Below the pieces are notes generated by a model. The model had not been told where the DNA came from and did no database searches. It worked only from the letters and a program-made list of their open reading frames with translations. 42,509 nt of DNA from a virus, in the IMG/VR virus record IMGVR_UViG_3300010939_000103. One strand, 5' to 3'. Made by a program: the position numbers and the translations under genes. Every line of letters starts with the position of its first letter. Position 1 is the stretch's first letter. This document shows positions 16,064 through 24,964 of the stretch, piece by piece.

Positions 16064-16710
16064 ACGTTAATTGTTACTCCACCAACTCCTAATACTTCAG
16101 CTTGAGCATTGCCAGTATCGTTTGAATACTTGGCCTCGGCCACACGGGCACCTGAGGAGACATCGCGGCTACCTGATAGAATCCTCGTAACTATGCCTGT
16201 TGTCACAGACGCGACCTGCACCCCATCTAATAGAATCTCAAAGACATAGCCAGAACCCCCGACTGAGTTGTGACCAAGACAAAAAGCCCCAGCGCATAGC
16301 CTAACGGTCTTTGTAGGGTTAAACGTTCTTGAGGCGGAGAGTGTTCCGGCGTTCGCTACCCACGTCCAAACAGCACCACCAAATGTAACGGCGCCCTCCC
16401 TCTTGGCAGTCAGGGCTTGGTCCTCTGCAAACGGATGGGTGTGCGTCCCCGCTGCGCCTTGTGTTGCGCCTGAGCCTAGCGTCCTGACTCCAGCAACGTT
16501 TGCTGCCGGGTCCGCCGACAGAATGATATCATAGGTAGTCCCATTATCCCGATGGATTTCTCCTTCCTTACCTACGTCCGTCAGAATGTATATTCTACCC
16601 GCAAACCCAGCGGCAGGTATATTCGCCAATAGACCAAACTGTACGCCCAAGGCGTTCAGCCTATCAGGCGTCATTTCCATAGCGCTCGTTACAAACCCTT
16701 GGTTAGTCAT
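16060..16710 (-). CDS. Tail fibre / receptor-binding protein
   Basis: 216 aa. IPAAGFAGRIYILTD and VRTLGSGATQGAAGTHTHPF (a His-box) are typical fibre motifs. Residues 16-91 are paralogous to the C-terminus of the upstream 973-aa protein. Confidence 0.8.
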   Translation of the reverse strand: MTNQGFVTSAMEMTPDRLNALGVQFGLLANIPAAGFAGRIYILTDVGKEGEIHRDNGTTYDIILSADPAANVAGVRTLGSGATQGAAGTHTHPFAEDQALTAKREGAVTFGGAVWTWVANAGTLSASRTFNPTKTVRLCAGAFCLGHNSVGGSGYVFEILLDGVQVASVTTGIVTRILSGSRDVSSGARVAEAKYSNDTGNAQAEVLGVGGVTINV

Positions 16711-19631
16711 TAGTGCGTATGGTCCCCCGCTGCTATTTGCGTTGCACCTGAGCCAAGCGTCCTTATACTGGCCACTGCTGCCGCCTGGTCCTTCCTAATT
16801 ACAGTGGTCCAGGCGGAAGCCGAGTCCACAGATACCTCCTCATCGGTTGACGAGGACCACATTCTACCGGCCTCACCGGCCGCAGGTCTAGCTGCGTCTG
16901 TCCCTCGTTGGGTTAACATTCCATTCAGTTTATCCGCAGTTAAGTCACCCTTGTCCGCCCATAAGCCTCCAGCAGCGGTGCCGGATAAGGCAGTAAAGAA
17001 GCCTGCTAAGGCCCGGTCTATATGAGCCAGCATCGACGAGGTTAAGGCCACTCTGTTGCCAGTCACGTATATTGTGCCAGTCCCACCATTAGCCGTTAAT
17101 TCCAGCATCGTAGCCATCTTAATCTTGGCTGTGTTCGTGGGAGCCGTGCGGTTCTCGTTAAGCTCGGTGGCATAGTCGGGGTCCGACACCGTAGCCACGT
17201 CTATATCGTGGGTAGCTAGCACCACGTCGCCCGAGTCTAGGAACTGAATCCTCAACACCACCTTGGCGTCGATTAAGGCCAGGGGCTTTACCCTTGCTTC
17301 CGCTGACCACACCTCAGTGGCAGCAGCAGGAGTAACTACCTGGTCAACGATATTCTGGTCACCTGATGTACCCCCAGTGGCTACATTCTTAACCACTCCA
17401 AGGTGGCCATGCTCCATATCAGCATGTTCATCGGTAACTCTAGCTATGCTACCAGTAGCACCTACTGTAAGCGTCCAACCAGTGGTATCGGCATCAAAGT
17501 CCTGATTGGTAAGCTTATTCGCCACTGGGGCCTTATAACCCCTAGTATGGATAAGGGTATCAATCTCCTCAGCAGCAAAGCTCATAGCTGCATCGAGTAA
17601 CCTCAACTCCGTGAGTGCGGACACAGGTGGAGGCTCCTGTCTACCAGCCTTCCTCCGTAGCTCTATCAGCATATGGGAGAGAGTATGGGAGCCTTCTCCT
17701 AGAACCACATGGTAGCCAAAGACTTCGCCACCATGGAGAAACATCTGTAGTTCCAACACTAGCAGTTCTTCGGCGGTAAGGCCAAGCTTAGTATTGGTGA
17801 CAGCTATAACCTGACCCTGCTCAATACCATCCTTGGTAAAGGAACAGATGAATCTAGTCTTGTTGCTGTTCTCCCTGAGGAAGGCCATGGCCACGTCTAT
17901 GGCAATATCCTTGTCCTCGATGGAAGGCTCAACAAGCACCTTCTTGTACTCACGTCCTCCAGCAGCGTCTATGGCAGTCTCATCCTTATGAAGGATTCTG
18001 AGAGGCCCTACATACCTGCCCTTCACTCGGAAGGCGTTGTTAGCAAAGTTAGGTGGAGCAGAGTTCCACTCTAAGCGACCTGTACCTGGATTCCACAGTA
18101 CATCAATACTACCACCAAGCGTATCCTGGTTCTCGATACCTACAGTTCGTGAGGTCCAAACTGGGGTACCATCAGTTCCAGTATTCTCCTCCACCACCAG
18201 TATAGTAGAGGTACTAGGTGGACGTGTAAGTGGGCTGGTACCATCCTGTTCACCTATATGAAAGAGCGTCCTCACACCATCAGCAAAGTAGATGTCAACA
18301 ACGTCAGCGGAGAGAACTCTCGCACCTACAATCTCCACTACGTTATAGGTCCCAAACTCGTTAACCTGCTGGAAGTCAGAGTATGGGAAAGTGGCAGAAT
18401 CGTCTGGATTATCGGATAGCTCAAAGGACGCCACAGTTCTTTCCCGCTCTTTGTAGATAAGAACCTTAGCAGGCGTAACATCCCAGATGAAGCCCGTTAT
18501 CTGGGTGATAATTTCCATGACCTGACGAATGGTAGTACCCCTAAAGTAGAGGGCATCAATGGTCCTACCTAGCTCTACCTGAGTGGTATCTATCTCTGTC
18601 AGGTTACCTTCTGACGCAGAGAAGGCATCTTGAATGGTGGCTTGGTCCGTGCTGTTGATATAGTCCTTGGTAACACTGGCCCTATCAGCCAGCACCTTCC
18701 AGTCCTGTGCAGTGATGTGGATTCTGCGACCTAGACCGAAGGGCAGCAGGGTAGTCTCTGCAACTATACCACCAAAGTGCTTGGTGCCCGTACTAACCCA
18801 TGCTGCTCCAGTGATGGCACCTGTGTTAGCATTGCTGGTGGCATCAGCGGTAGTAGTGCCGGTGTTCTCGTCCATCTTCCAGTAGCCCGCCAGTCCTGCC
18901 TCAGTACCCGCCAGGAGCTTACGGTAGTTGTCGAGAATCTCAGAGGCGGTACGAATATCGGACCACAGACGTACCTCGTCTATGAGGCCGTCCCAGGTCA
19001 GGGCAAAGGAGAAGTCGTTACCTATAAAGAGAGGCTTGGTTACATCTGAGCCTCTGGTTCCTACGGGGGTTGCGGCTTCGGTAAGAGTGGTGAGTATTCC
19101 ATTTATGTACAGAAGGGGATTATTGGCCACATCGTCGTTATTGTAGGTGACAGCGATATGAGTCCATGCATTCAGCGGGATTATTGCATCTACTTGCCAG
19201 GAACCGTTTGCGGTAGTAAAGGCTTGCCTGAACCTCAGTTGGGCATTGTTGCCGGTTAGGTTTTGAATCCAAATCTGCCAGCCAAGGTCTTTGTAAAGTA
19301 TTCTCCCTTGATTATTCTCGCCAATAGTATTGGGCTTGACCCACATCTCGATGGTACCGCCACCATCGAATATGTTTAGTATGGCAGCATCATCGGCAAT
19401 TTCAACGCGGTCGTCAACCCCATCGAAGTCTAGTCCGTAAAGTGGAGGAGTATCGAGGTCCTCGATGTATACGTCCTTGCCCATAGCAACGGTGATGTTA
19501 TTACCCGTATCATCAAGGACAATATTAGCCACGTCGATAGCTGGCGGACCATTGCGGACCAACTCCCAGTCCTCTTGAAGGAGTAAGTTGGTGCGATCCA
19601 CACCACCAACGACTAGCCTTAGTTTAGCCAC
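16710..19631 (-). CDS. Large tail/baseplate protein with LamG (concanavalin-like lectin) domain and fibre-adaptor C-terminus
   Basis: 973 aa, immediately downstream of the tape measure gene. The LamG-like block runs DFDGVDDRVEI...WTHIAVTYN...LYINGIL...GLIDEVRLWS. The C-terminus is IRTLGSGATQIAAGDHTH. Confidence 0.85.
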   Translation of the reverse strand: MAKLRLVVGGVDRTNLLLQEDWELVRNGPPAIDVANIVLDDTGNNITVAMGKDVYIEDLDTPPLYGLDFDGVDDRVEIADDAAILNIFDGGGTIEMWVKPNTIGENNQGRILYKDLGWQIWIQNLTGNNAQLRFRQAFTTANGSWQVDAIIPLNAWTHIAVTYNNDDVANNPLLYINGILTTLTEAATPVGTRGSDVTKPLFIGNDFSFALTWDGLIDEVRLWSDIRTASEILDNYRKLLAGTEAGLAGYWKMDENTGTTTADATSNANTGAITGAAWVSTGTKHFGGIVAETTLLPFGLGRRIHITAQDWKVLADRASVTKDYINSTDQATIQDAFSASEGNLTEIDTTQVELGRTIDALYFRGTTIRQVMEIITQITGFIWDVTPAKVLIYKERERTVASFELSDNPDDSATFPYSDFQQVNEFGTYNVVEIVGARVLSADVVDIYFADGVRTLFHIGEQDGTSPLTRPPSTSTILVVEENTGTDGTPVWTSRTVGIENQDTLGGSIDVLWNPGTGRLEWNSAPPNFANNAFRVKGRYVGPLRILHKDETAIDAAGGREYKKVLVEPSIEDKDIAIDVAMAFLRENSNKTRFICSFTKDGIEQGQVIAVTNTKLGLTAEELLVLELQMFLHGGEVFGYHVVLGEGSHTLSHMLIELRRKAGRQEPPPVSALTELRLLDAAMSFAAEEIDTLIHTRGYKAPVANKLTNQDFDADTTGWTLTVGATGSIARVTDEHADMEHGHLGVVKNVATGGTSGDQNIVDQVVTPAAATEVWSAEARVKPLALIDAKVVLRIQFLDSGDVVLATHDIDVATVSDPDYATELNENRTAPTNTAKIKMATMLELTANGGTGTIYVTGNRVALTSSMLAHIDRALAGFFTALSGTAAGGLWADKGDLTADKLNGMLTQRGTDAARPAAGEAGRMWSSSTDEEVSVDSASAWTTVIRKDQAAAVASIRTLGSGATQIAAGDHTH

Positions 19632-21412
19632 TAGAGGCCCTCACCAATACTACCAGGCGTCATACCTGCCTGGAACTTCGCAGTCCTGTGGAAGGCATCG
19701 ATAGACACTTGCCCTATGACTCGCTTATCGAGGACTAACTGGACGATGATAGGTTGCCCTCCGCCATTCATTCCTGCTATAGGTTGACCTGCTGCTATGA
19801 TGCGCTCGCCGGCATGGGCTAGAATAGGCACCGCTTGCCCTGGCATCCCTGGCACTATACCACCATGCTGGAAGCTTGGAATATCAATGAAGGGGATACC
19901 AGGCAAAAGCCCTTTTAGAGCCTCCTTTAGGGGACCAGGGAAACCTGGCAGTAACGCCATGAGGCCGCGCTCAAGTCCCTCCCAGATAAAGTTAGCAATC
20001 GCCCTACCAATCTTGATGAAGTCGAGGAAAAAGAGTTCGGGCATCTTAAGAAGGACCTTGAGAAACGCCGTTGATAGCTGCAAACCAAGGAGGGCGCCAA
20101 GGGCTAGACCAATAGGCCCAAAGGCTGAAAGAAGTCTGGAACCTACAAAGGCCGCAAGTGCGGTCATAACTACAGCAAGGACGCCACCTATAGGGCCGCG
20201 AACGTCGAAGACCTCTACTATAATATTCGCCCACTCCTTGATGGCGCCTACGAATTGGAATCCAACAATGGCACCCTTGAAACCGCCAATGAACTTGAGG
20301 CCTCCAAGGAGACCTAGCGCAGCGAATAGAATATTCATCCTCTCAGCGAACGTGAAGGAGCTAAAAACCTCACTTATGCCAGGCGCTAGGGAAACGCCCA
20401 TCAGGCCTAAGAAGGCTGCTAACCACCATCTACCAGTTAGGACTCCTATGAAGGTGGCACCAACAGCGATTGCCAACAGAACATCAGGGTCACGGAAAAT
20501 CGCCTGAGCAATGGACACGAGTTCAAGCGCCAACCCTGCGGCCAGCAAACCTGCAAAACCCCCTAGTATGCCTCCAACCAAACCTCTCCTAATTACGGTC
20601 CCAAGTATAATAATGGAGAGGACAATGGCAGGATTACCCGCAAGGTTCATTAAGGCCTGAGCAAAGGTCGCCACGAACACCAAGCTAAAGGCCGCGGAGA
20701 ACTCACCAAGCTTCTCTGCCATAGGCCTTAGAGCCTCGTTGATGCGCTCAAACTGGTCAGCCAGTCTCCTGACGTTGGTGAGCGGGAACTCACCAAACGC
20801 TTCCTTGTTCGCATCATCGAAGGCCCGTATCAGGTCGGTACTTGTCAATACCTGCGCATCGAAGTCAACCTCCATTGTTCCAATAATTCGCCTAAGTGGT
20901 TCCTCCACACCATTAACCGCATCCACTAGGGCATCAAAGACGATAGCAGCATCAACGCCAATGGTCTCCTCTGCCCTCTTGGCTATGTCCATCAGGGATT
21001 TTGCCAGATTTATGTCGAGGGTGTTTGCCAGAGCCTCGACAGCAGTTACACTACCCAGGAACCCTATTGCGGATGCCCTACTCAGGGTTCCTGTTACAAC
21101 GTCTAAGAGGTCCCTGGTATCACGCAAACTTATTCCTAAAGTACGCAACTGCACATGGGCTCTACGGGCAGCTTGTTGGAATGTGGCAAGGTCCCTAGCG
21201 GCTCCCGCAGCAGTTATGCTAGCCAGGGCCGTTACTATGGCACCTATGCCTATAGCAAGTAGCGGTGCAACAAGTAGTAGTCTGCCTATAACCCCTAGAA
21301 GGAGTCTAAAGCGCCCTACCACACCTAGAACCGCGGTATCCAACTTACGGAACTGCCCAGTGGCCCTATCACGGGCAGATATGACTATGGCAGCTTCTTG
21401 CTGACTAGCCAA
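19631..21412 (-). CDS. Tape measure protein
   Basis: 593 aa with a TTG start after AGGAGG. It has a helical N-terminal part and multiple Gly/Ala/Leu-rich hydrophobic segments. It lies after the chaperone pair and before the distal tail protein. Confidence 0.85.
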   Translation of the reverse strand: MASQQEAAIVISARDRATGQFRKLDTAVLGVVGRFRLLLGVIGRLLLVAPLLAIGIGAIVTALASITAAGAARDLATFQQAARRAHVQLRTLGISLRDTRDLLDVVTGTLSRASAIGFLGSVTAVEALANTLDINLAKSLMDIAKRAEETIGVDAAIVFDALVDAVNGVEEPLRRIIGTMEVDFDAQVLTSTDLIRAFDDANKEAFGEFPLTNVRRLADQFERINEALRPMAEKLGEFSAAFSLVFVATFAQALMNLAGNPAIVLSIIILGTVIRRGLVGGILGGFAGLLAAGLALELVSIAQAIFRDPDVLLAIAVGATFIGVLTGRWWLAAFLGLMGVSLAPGISEVFSSFTFAERMNILFAALGLLGGLKFIGGFKGAIVGFQFVGAIKEWANIIVEVFDVRGPIGGVLAVVMTALAAFVGSRLLSAFGPIGLALGALLGLQLSTAFLKVLLKMPELFFLDFIKIGRAIANFIWEGLERGLMALLPGFPGPLKEALKGLLPGIPFIDIPSFQHGGIVPGMPGQAVPILAHAGERIIAAGQPIAGMNGGGQPIIVQLVLDKRVIGQVSIDAFHRTAKFQAGMTPGSIGEGL

Positions 21413-21479
21413 CGCTACCTCCTGCTACCGCAAAGCGTACAGCGAGAACCCATATCGTCATGGCGGTCAATGACGGAGC

Positions 21480-22162
21480 CTATTCCACATCTTGCGCATG
21501 GCGCAAAGATTCCCATCTCGCATCGTTCTCGTCCTTGTTTAGGTTTTTGCCACGAGGGGTCTCCAACTCCGCTAGTATATGAGCCCAGGTCTCCCTGACA
21601 AACTCCGCTGGCTGCGCTCGATAGGTCCAAAAGTCCCACTTCATGGTTTTGCATATCAGGAACCTCTGGGTCTCTTCAGGCAACGAGGAGAGTCCTCCAC
21701 TTAGGAAGTTGCGGTACTCTTGAGCGCGCTCGTCGCCGTCACCGTAGGGTTTCGCTCATCTATCACGTCCTGTAGGTCACGAGCTAGGCCTGGGTCCATG
21801 CGGTCGATGGTTTCACGCGACACGGGCACAGGGTCACCAGCCTCATCAGTGAAGCTCCAGGCCACGATGTTGATGTGCAGCAGGATAGCAACACTGGGTT
21901 GGAACTTCGCGGAGACCTCAGGTGCCTGACTGTCGGGTTGCTTGAACCGTCGAAGCCTATTCCTCTCCGCCCTAGTTAAACCACTCTCCAGTTCCCTAGT
22001 CACGTCGATGCTTACCAGGGACTTCTGTAGGGTATCCCAATCCGCAACTGTCATCTGGCTCTTGATGTCAACCCACTCATCATCGTTCAGTACCACACGG
22101 AAGATGTTGTCGGGGTTAACCAGCCACTTGCTTGCTTTGCTCGTTCCACTTTCTGAGGACAT
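21480..22162 (-). CDS. Putative GT-like -1 frameshift fusion product
   Basis: The -1 frame is open from 21755 to a stop at 21480-21482. The zero-frame reading cgA AAC CCT gives the heptamer A_AAC_CCU (21752..21746) of X_XXY_YYZ form, 43 nt before the G stop. Confidence 0.45.
21701..22162 (-). CDS. Tail assembly chaperone (G-like)
   Basis: 153-aa acidic protein directly upstream of the tape measure gene. A slippery heptamer lies near its 3' end. Confidence 0.65.
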   Translation of the reverse strand: MSSESGTSKASKWLVNPDNIFRVVLNDDEWVDIKSQMTVADWDTLQKSLVSIDVTRELESGLTRAERNRLRRFKQPDSQAPEVSAKFQPSVAILLHINIVAWSFTDEAGDPVPVSRETIDRMDPGLARDLQDVIDERNPTVTATSALKSTATS

Positions 22163-22523
22163 CCTCTACCTCCTTTTCATAATTTCGGTCGGTAGCCTCA
22201 TCACGAAGAACCTTGATGAACGGCCCAAAGTATTGCTCGACCAGTCCAAAGGCTTCCGCCCTATTATACTCTCGGCAACTCCAAATGTCAATGTTGAGGA
22301 GCTGTTTCTCAGGCCTCGTGTGGATGGTTATATTACTTTCCTCAAGAAGCGAGAACCCCGTTAGCCCTATACCAAAGTCAGAGCCATTTGAGAAGGCCCA
22401 TACGTGAGACCACTTCTGAGTCAGGCCAAGCTTCCTGGAGGTGGCATCCATGAAAGCGTTGAGGATGGAGAAGGAGCTAAGCTTCCTTACATCAACTACC
22501 AGCACATCGAACTCACACTGCAT
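22116..22523 (-). CDS. Pyruvoyl-dependent S-adenosylmethionine decarboxylase-fold enzyme (SpeH/SpeD class 1-like)
   Basis: GLTGFSLLEESNITIHTRPEKQLLNIDIWSC aligns with the bacterial SpeH core [20 protein letters not shown]...IDLFTCG. The Glu-Ser self-cleavage site, the His and the Cys are all retained. Confidence 0.8.
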   Translation of the reverse strand: MQCEFDVLVVDVRKLSSFSILNAFMDATSRKLGLTQKWSHVWAFSNGSDFGIGLTGFSLLEESNITIHTRPEKQLLNIDIWSCREYNRAEAFGLVEQYFGPFIKVLRDEATDRNYEKEVEDVLRKWNEQSKQVAG

Positions 22524-22534
22524 GGTGCTCCTAG

Positions 22535-22732
22535 CTAGTCCTCGCTATCCTTACTGTCCTTCTCCAGCTGGATTAGGTCCTTACCAAGTGCAACTATGGC
22601 GATAACCACCAGAGACAGGATGCCCTTGACATCAGCATCCTCCGAGGTTATTGCAACATAGGCAAGGACACCCACAACTGTAATGATGAGAGCAATCTGT
22701 GGCCTAACCTTAGCAAGAAACTTTTCCATCAC
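22535..22732 (-). CDS. Small two-TM protein with charged C-tail (holin-like)
   Basis: 65 aa. The hydrophobic segments are IALIITVVGVLAYVAI and ILSLVVIAIVALG, followed by KDLIQLEKDSKDSED. Confidence 0.55.
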   Translation of the reverse strand: MMEKFLAKVRPQIALIITVVGVLAYVAITSEDADVKGILSLVVIAIVALGKDLIQLEKDSKDSED

Positions 22733-22733
22733 A

Positions 22734-22988
22734 CTAGCCTCCTACCGCCTTGGCTATACCAAATGCAGCCCCACCGGACACGGCGGCAAGCATCCCGGTG
22801 GCGGGTATGAATAGAGCCAGCAGTTCCTTCTTGCTACGTCGACCATTAAGGGTCGCACGAAGCCAATGGAAGCCCACGGCCTGGAATTGACGTTCTGTCA
22901 GTCCTTCCAGTCCCACCTGGTCAATTTGGTCCAATGCCAGACCCACATATTGCTCATAAGGATGAGTCTTTACAGCTTTCTCTCTCAT
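22734..22988 (-). CDS. Small protein with C-terminal TM segment
   Basis: 84 aa. The C-terminal segment is LLALFIPATGMLAAVSGGAAFGIAKAVGG. Confidence 0.55.
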   Translation of the reverse strand: MREKAVKTHPYEQYVGLALDQIDQVGLEGLTERQFQAVGFHWLRATLNGRRSKKELLALFIPATGMLAAVSGGAAFGIAKAVGG

Positions 22989-22996
22989 GGCCTTAC

Positions 22997-23974
22997 CTAG
23001 ATAGTCGTCTCAAGATTAGTTACCACAAATTGGAAGTCGTTTGGCCCTACCTTATCATCGAACGAAGAGAGCCGCAACCTGACGAGGTTCTCCCCATCCC
23101 GGGAATCGAATAGCTGAGGGGCCTCGTCGTAGAAGCCAAATACATCGAAGTCGAAGCGGTAATTGGTGGCACCTACCGCAATTGGTCCATCAATCCTTAG
23201 CCTAATGGCCCTGGCTGTACCGGCCTTGAACGCATCGTACTCAGTAATGGCATCAGCACCCATCACCAGGTCCAACTCTAGTTGTACCGCCCGCTTCTGC
23301 TCTGCGATGGCGGAGAAGAAAAGGTTACCATCCGCATACTTGACTGGAGTGAAGCCGGTTGGGAGACGGATGGAGGCGGCGGCAACCAAAGAAGTCTTTG
23401 CCGTGGTACCTAGGTTAGCCCAGGTACCGTCAATCCAGACATTCATCTTGTTGCCTACAATCTCGTTGATGGCGGGCTCGGATAAGGCGCCTGTGAAGGT
23501 ACTCTTAGCTGCCTCTCGACCAACCAAGTCAGCCCTCAGGGTCATGGTCTCACCCATAGCTATGGCCATCTCAAGATTAGTGGCTACCACGAAGCCTGCC
23601 TCAAACTCCTGGTCATCGTCGCCATACTCAATGCTAAAGGAGTTGGGGGTATTGGCAGAGGACATATTCGGCAGAAAGGTCCAAACTCTACCTGTAACTT
23701 CCACGGTCGCAGGGGATACTGCACCTATTACTCCCATAGAGAGGAAGTAGATAAGCTGCTCAAAGCTAGCAACGCCTTCGTAGCGGAAGGTGGTCTGCTG
23801 GGCAACCTCTACCTGACGAGAGTGCGTGGCAATGCTATTGCGCTCGTCCTCTGGCCTGAAAAAGGTGCTCTCAGGGGTCATTTGCAAGGTACCTAGAAGT
23901 ACCTTATCCGCAGCAACCAGAGTACCACGGGTAGCCTCAGCCCCTATCTGAATCCTCCTAAATGCTTCTGCCAT
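22997..23974 (-). CDS. Major tail (tube) protein
   Basis: 325-aa ORF located between the connector genes and the chaperone/tape-measure genes. The assignment rests mainly on synteny. Confidence 0.6.
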   Translation of the reverse strand: MAEAFRRIQIGAEATRGTLVAADKVLLGTLQMTPESTFFRPEDERNSIATHSRQVEVAQQTTFRYEGVASFEQLIYFLSMGVIGAVSPATVEVTGRVWTFLPNMSSANTPNSFSIEYGDDDQEFEAGFVVATNLEMAIAMGETMTLRADLVGREAAKSTFTGALSEPAINEIVGNKMNVWIDGTWANLGTTAKTSLVAAASIRLPTGFTPVKYADGNLFFSAIAEQKRAVQLELDLVMGADAITEYDAFKAGTARAIRLRIDGPIAVGATNYRFDFDVFGFYDEAPQLFDSRDGENLVRLRLSSFDDKVGPNDFQFVVTNLETTI

Positions 23975-23984
23975 GTTCTTCTCC

Positions 23985-24509
23985 TTATATGTCCATGAGT
24001 CTACCGGTAACCGTGGACCCTATCTTGTTAGCCACCTGCCTTAAGAGGTCCTCACTACGACGCAAAGTATCCTCAGGGTACTTATTCTCCTTGGTACCCT
24101 TCCTACTCATACTCCGCGCGAGCCTAAACGCACCCCTGCGAAGCTCGGACTCATTGGCAGGTCTGAATTTTAGGTTAACCCACTTTTTCAACGCCTCAAG
24201 AGGAGGCTGAGTACCCGGCATCCTACCACGAACCACCACCGAGCGGTACATGAACCCTTTGTGCTTGGCTGGCTGGATAATCTCCAGTTTCACGCCCTCA
24301 TGGTCTTGGATAACCCTGTGGGAGGTCAGCCTTCTCAACCTTCTGGTCACACCAACAGGAGTATCGTCCTGAAGCCGAAGTACGAATTCAGGACCAACCT
24401 CCTCAAAAGCCTCCTTGGTCAACTCGTCAAAGAATTCTATAGCGTCCGCTAGGTTGCCCTGGAAGCGGAAGATACTCTCGGGGTCTATGCTGATACTGTC
24501 TAGTGGCAT
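23985..24509 (-). CDS. Head-tail connector / tail completion protein (HK97 gp10-like by position)
   Basis: The ATG at 24509 lies just after the upstream stop, with GGAG upstream. The track start at 24554 would overlap the upstream gene by 43 nt. Confidence 0.55.
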   Translation of the reverse strand: MPLDSISIDPESIFRFQGNLADAIEFFDELTKEAFEEVGPEFVLRLQDDTPVGVTRRLRRLTSHRVIQDHEGVKLEIIQPAKHKGFMYRSVVVRGRMPGTQPPLEALKKWVNLKFRPANESELRRGAFRLARSMSRKGTKENKYPEDTLRRSEDLLRQVANKIGSTVTGRLMDI

Positions 24510-24511
24510 GG

Positions 24512-24958
24512 TCACTCCGCGATGGTTACGGTAACGTTCTCGGACACCTCGCATCTAAGTACCTGTCGCCACCACCTACGGCTCTCCCCTATCCATTCCT
24601 CTGGCTCGGTGGCGCCAGTGATAAAGGCATTGACCACATCAGCGACCTTGTTCAAGGTTGGATACTTGTCTATGTGGTCTATTAGCTCTTGGCGGTCCAC
24701 TCTCATGGCCTCATGGATATCAGATATATCAGTGAGGAATGGGATGTATAACTCAACGTTAATTACCCAGAGGGTGTGAACATAGCGAGGAGCCGCCAGG
24801 ACCTCTCTCCTAGGTATCCCACCTGGCATGAGTACAACTGCCCTAACCACCCCGCGACCAAGGATTCGGTAATCTCCAATGGAAGAGTTCTCCTGGTTAT
24901 AATTGCTAAGGAGCCTTATGAGTGTGAGGAAGCCATCCTCGACAACCTTGTAGCTCAT
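24512..24958 (-). CDS. Head-tail connector protein
   Basis: 148-aa ORF in the neck module. The assignment is by synteny only. Confidence 0.55.
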   Translation of the reverse strand: MSYKVVEDGFLTLIRLLSNYNQENSSIGDYRILGRGVVRAVVLMPGGIPRREVLAAPRYVHTLWVINVELYIPFLTDISDIHEAMRVDRQELIDHIDKYPTLNKVADVVNAFITGATEPEEWIGESRRWWRQVLRCEVSENVTVTIAE

Positions 24959-24964
24959 ATCTCA

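Noticed and set aside
19797-21404. + strand ORFs of 236 and 221 aa opposite the tape measure gene, and similar antisense ORFs at 5671..6222, 23163..23750, 31512..32144 and 3647..4219
   Set aside because: They lie entirely within well-supported genes on the other strand. They have low-complexity Ser/Pro/Arg-rich translations and no RBS.
21415-21654. 79-aa CxxC ORF ending just before the tape measure start
   Set aside because: It almost fully overlaps the better-supported -1 frame T segment. Its frame is closed by stops at 21741-21739 and 21678-21676, so it cannot join the chaperone gene. Its composition is Gly/Ser-rich. It remains only an unlikely alternative.
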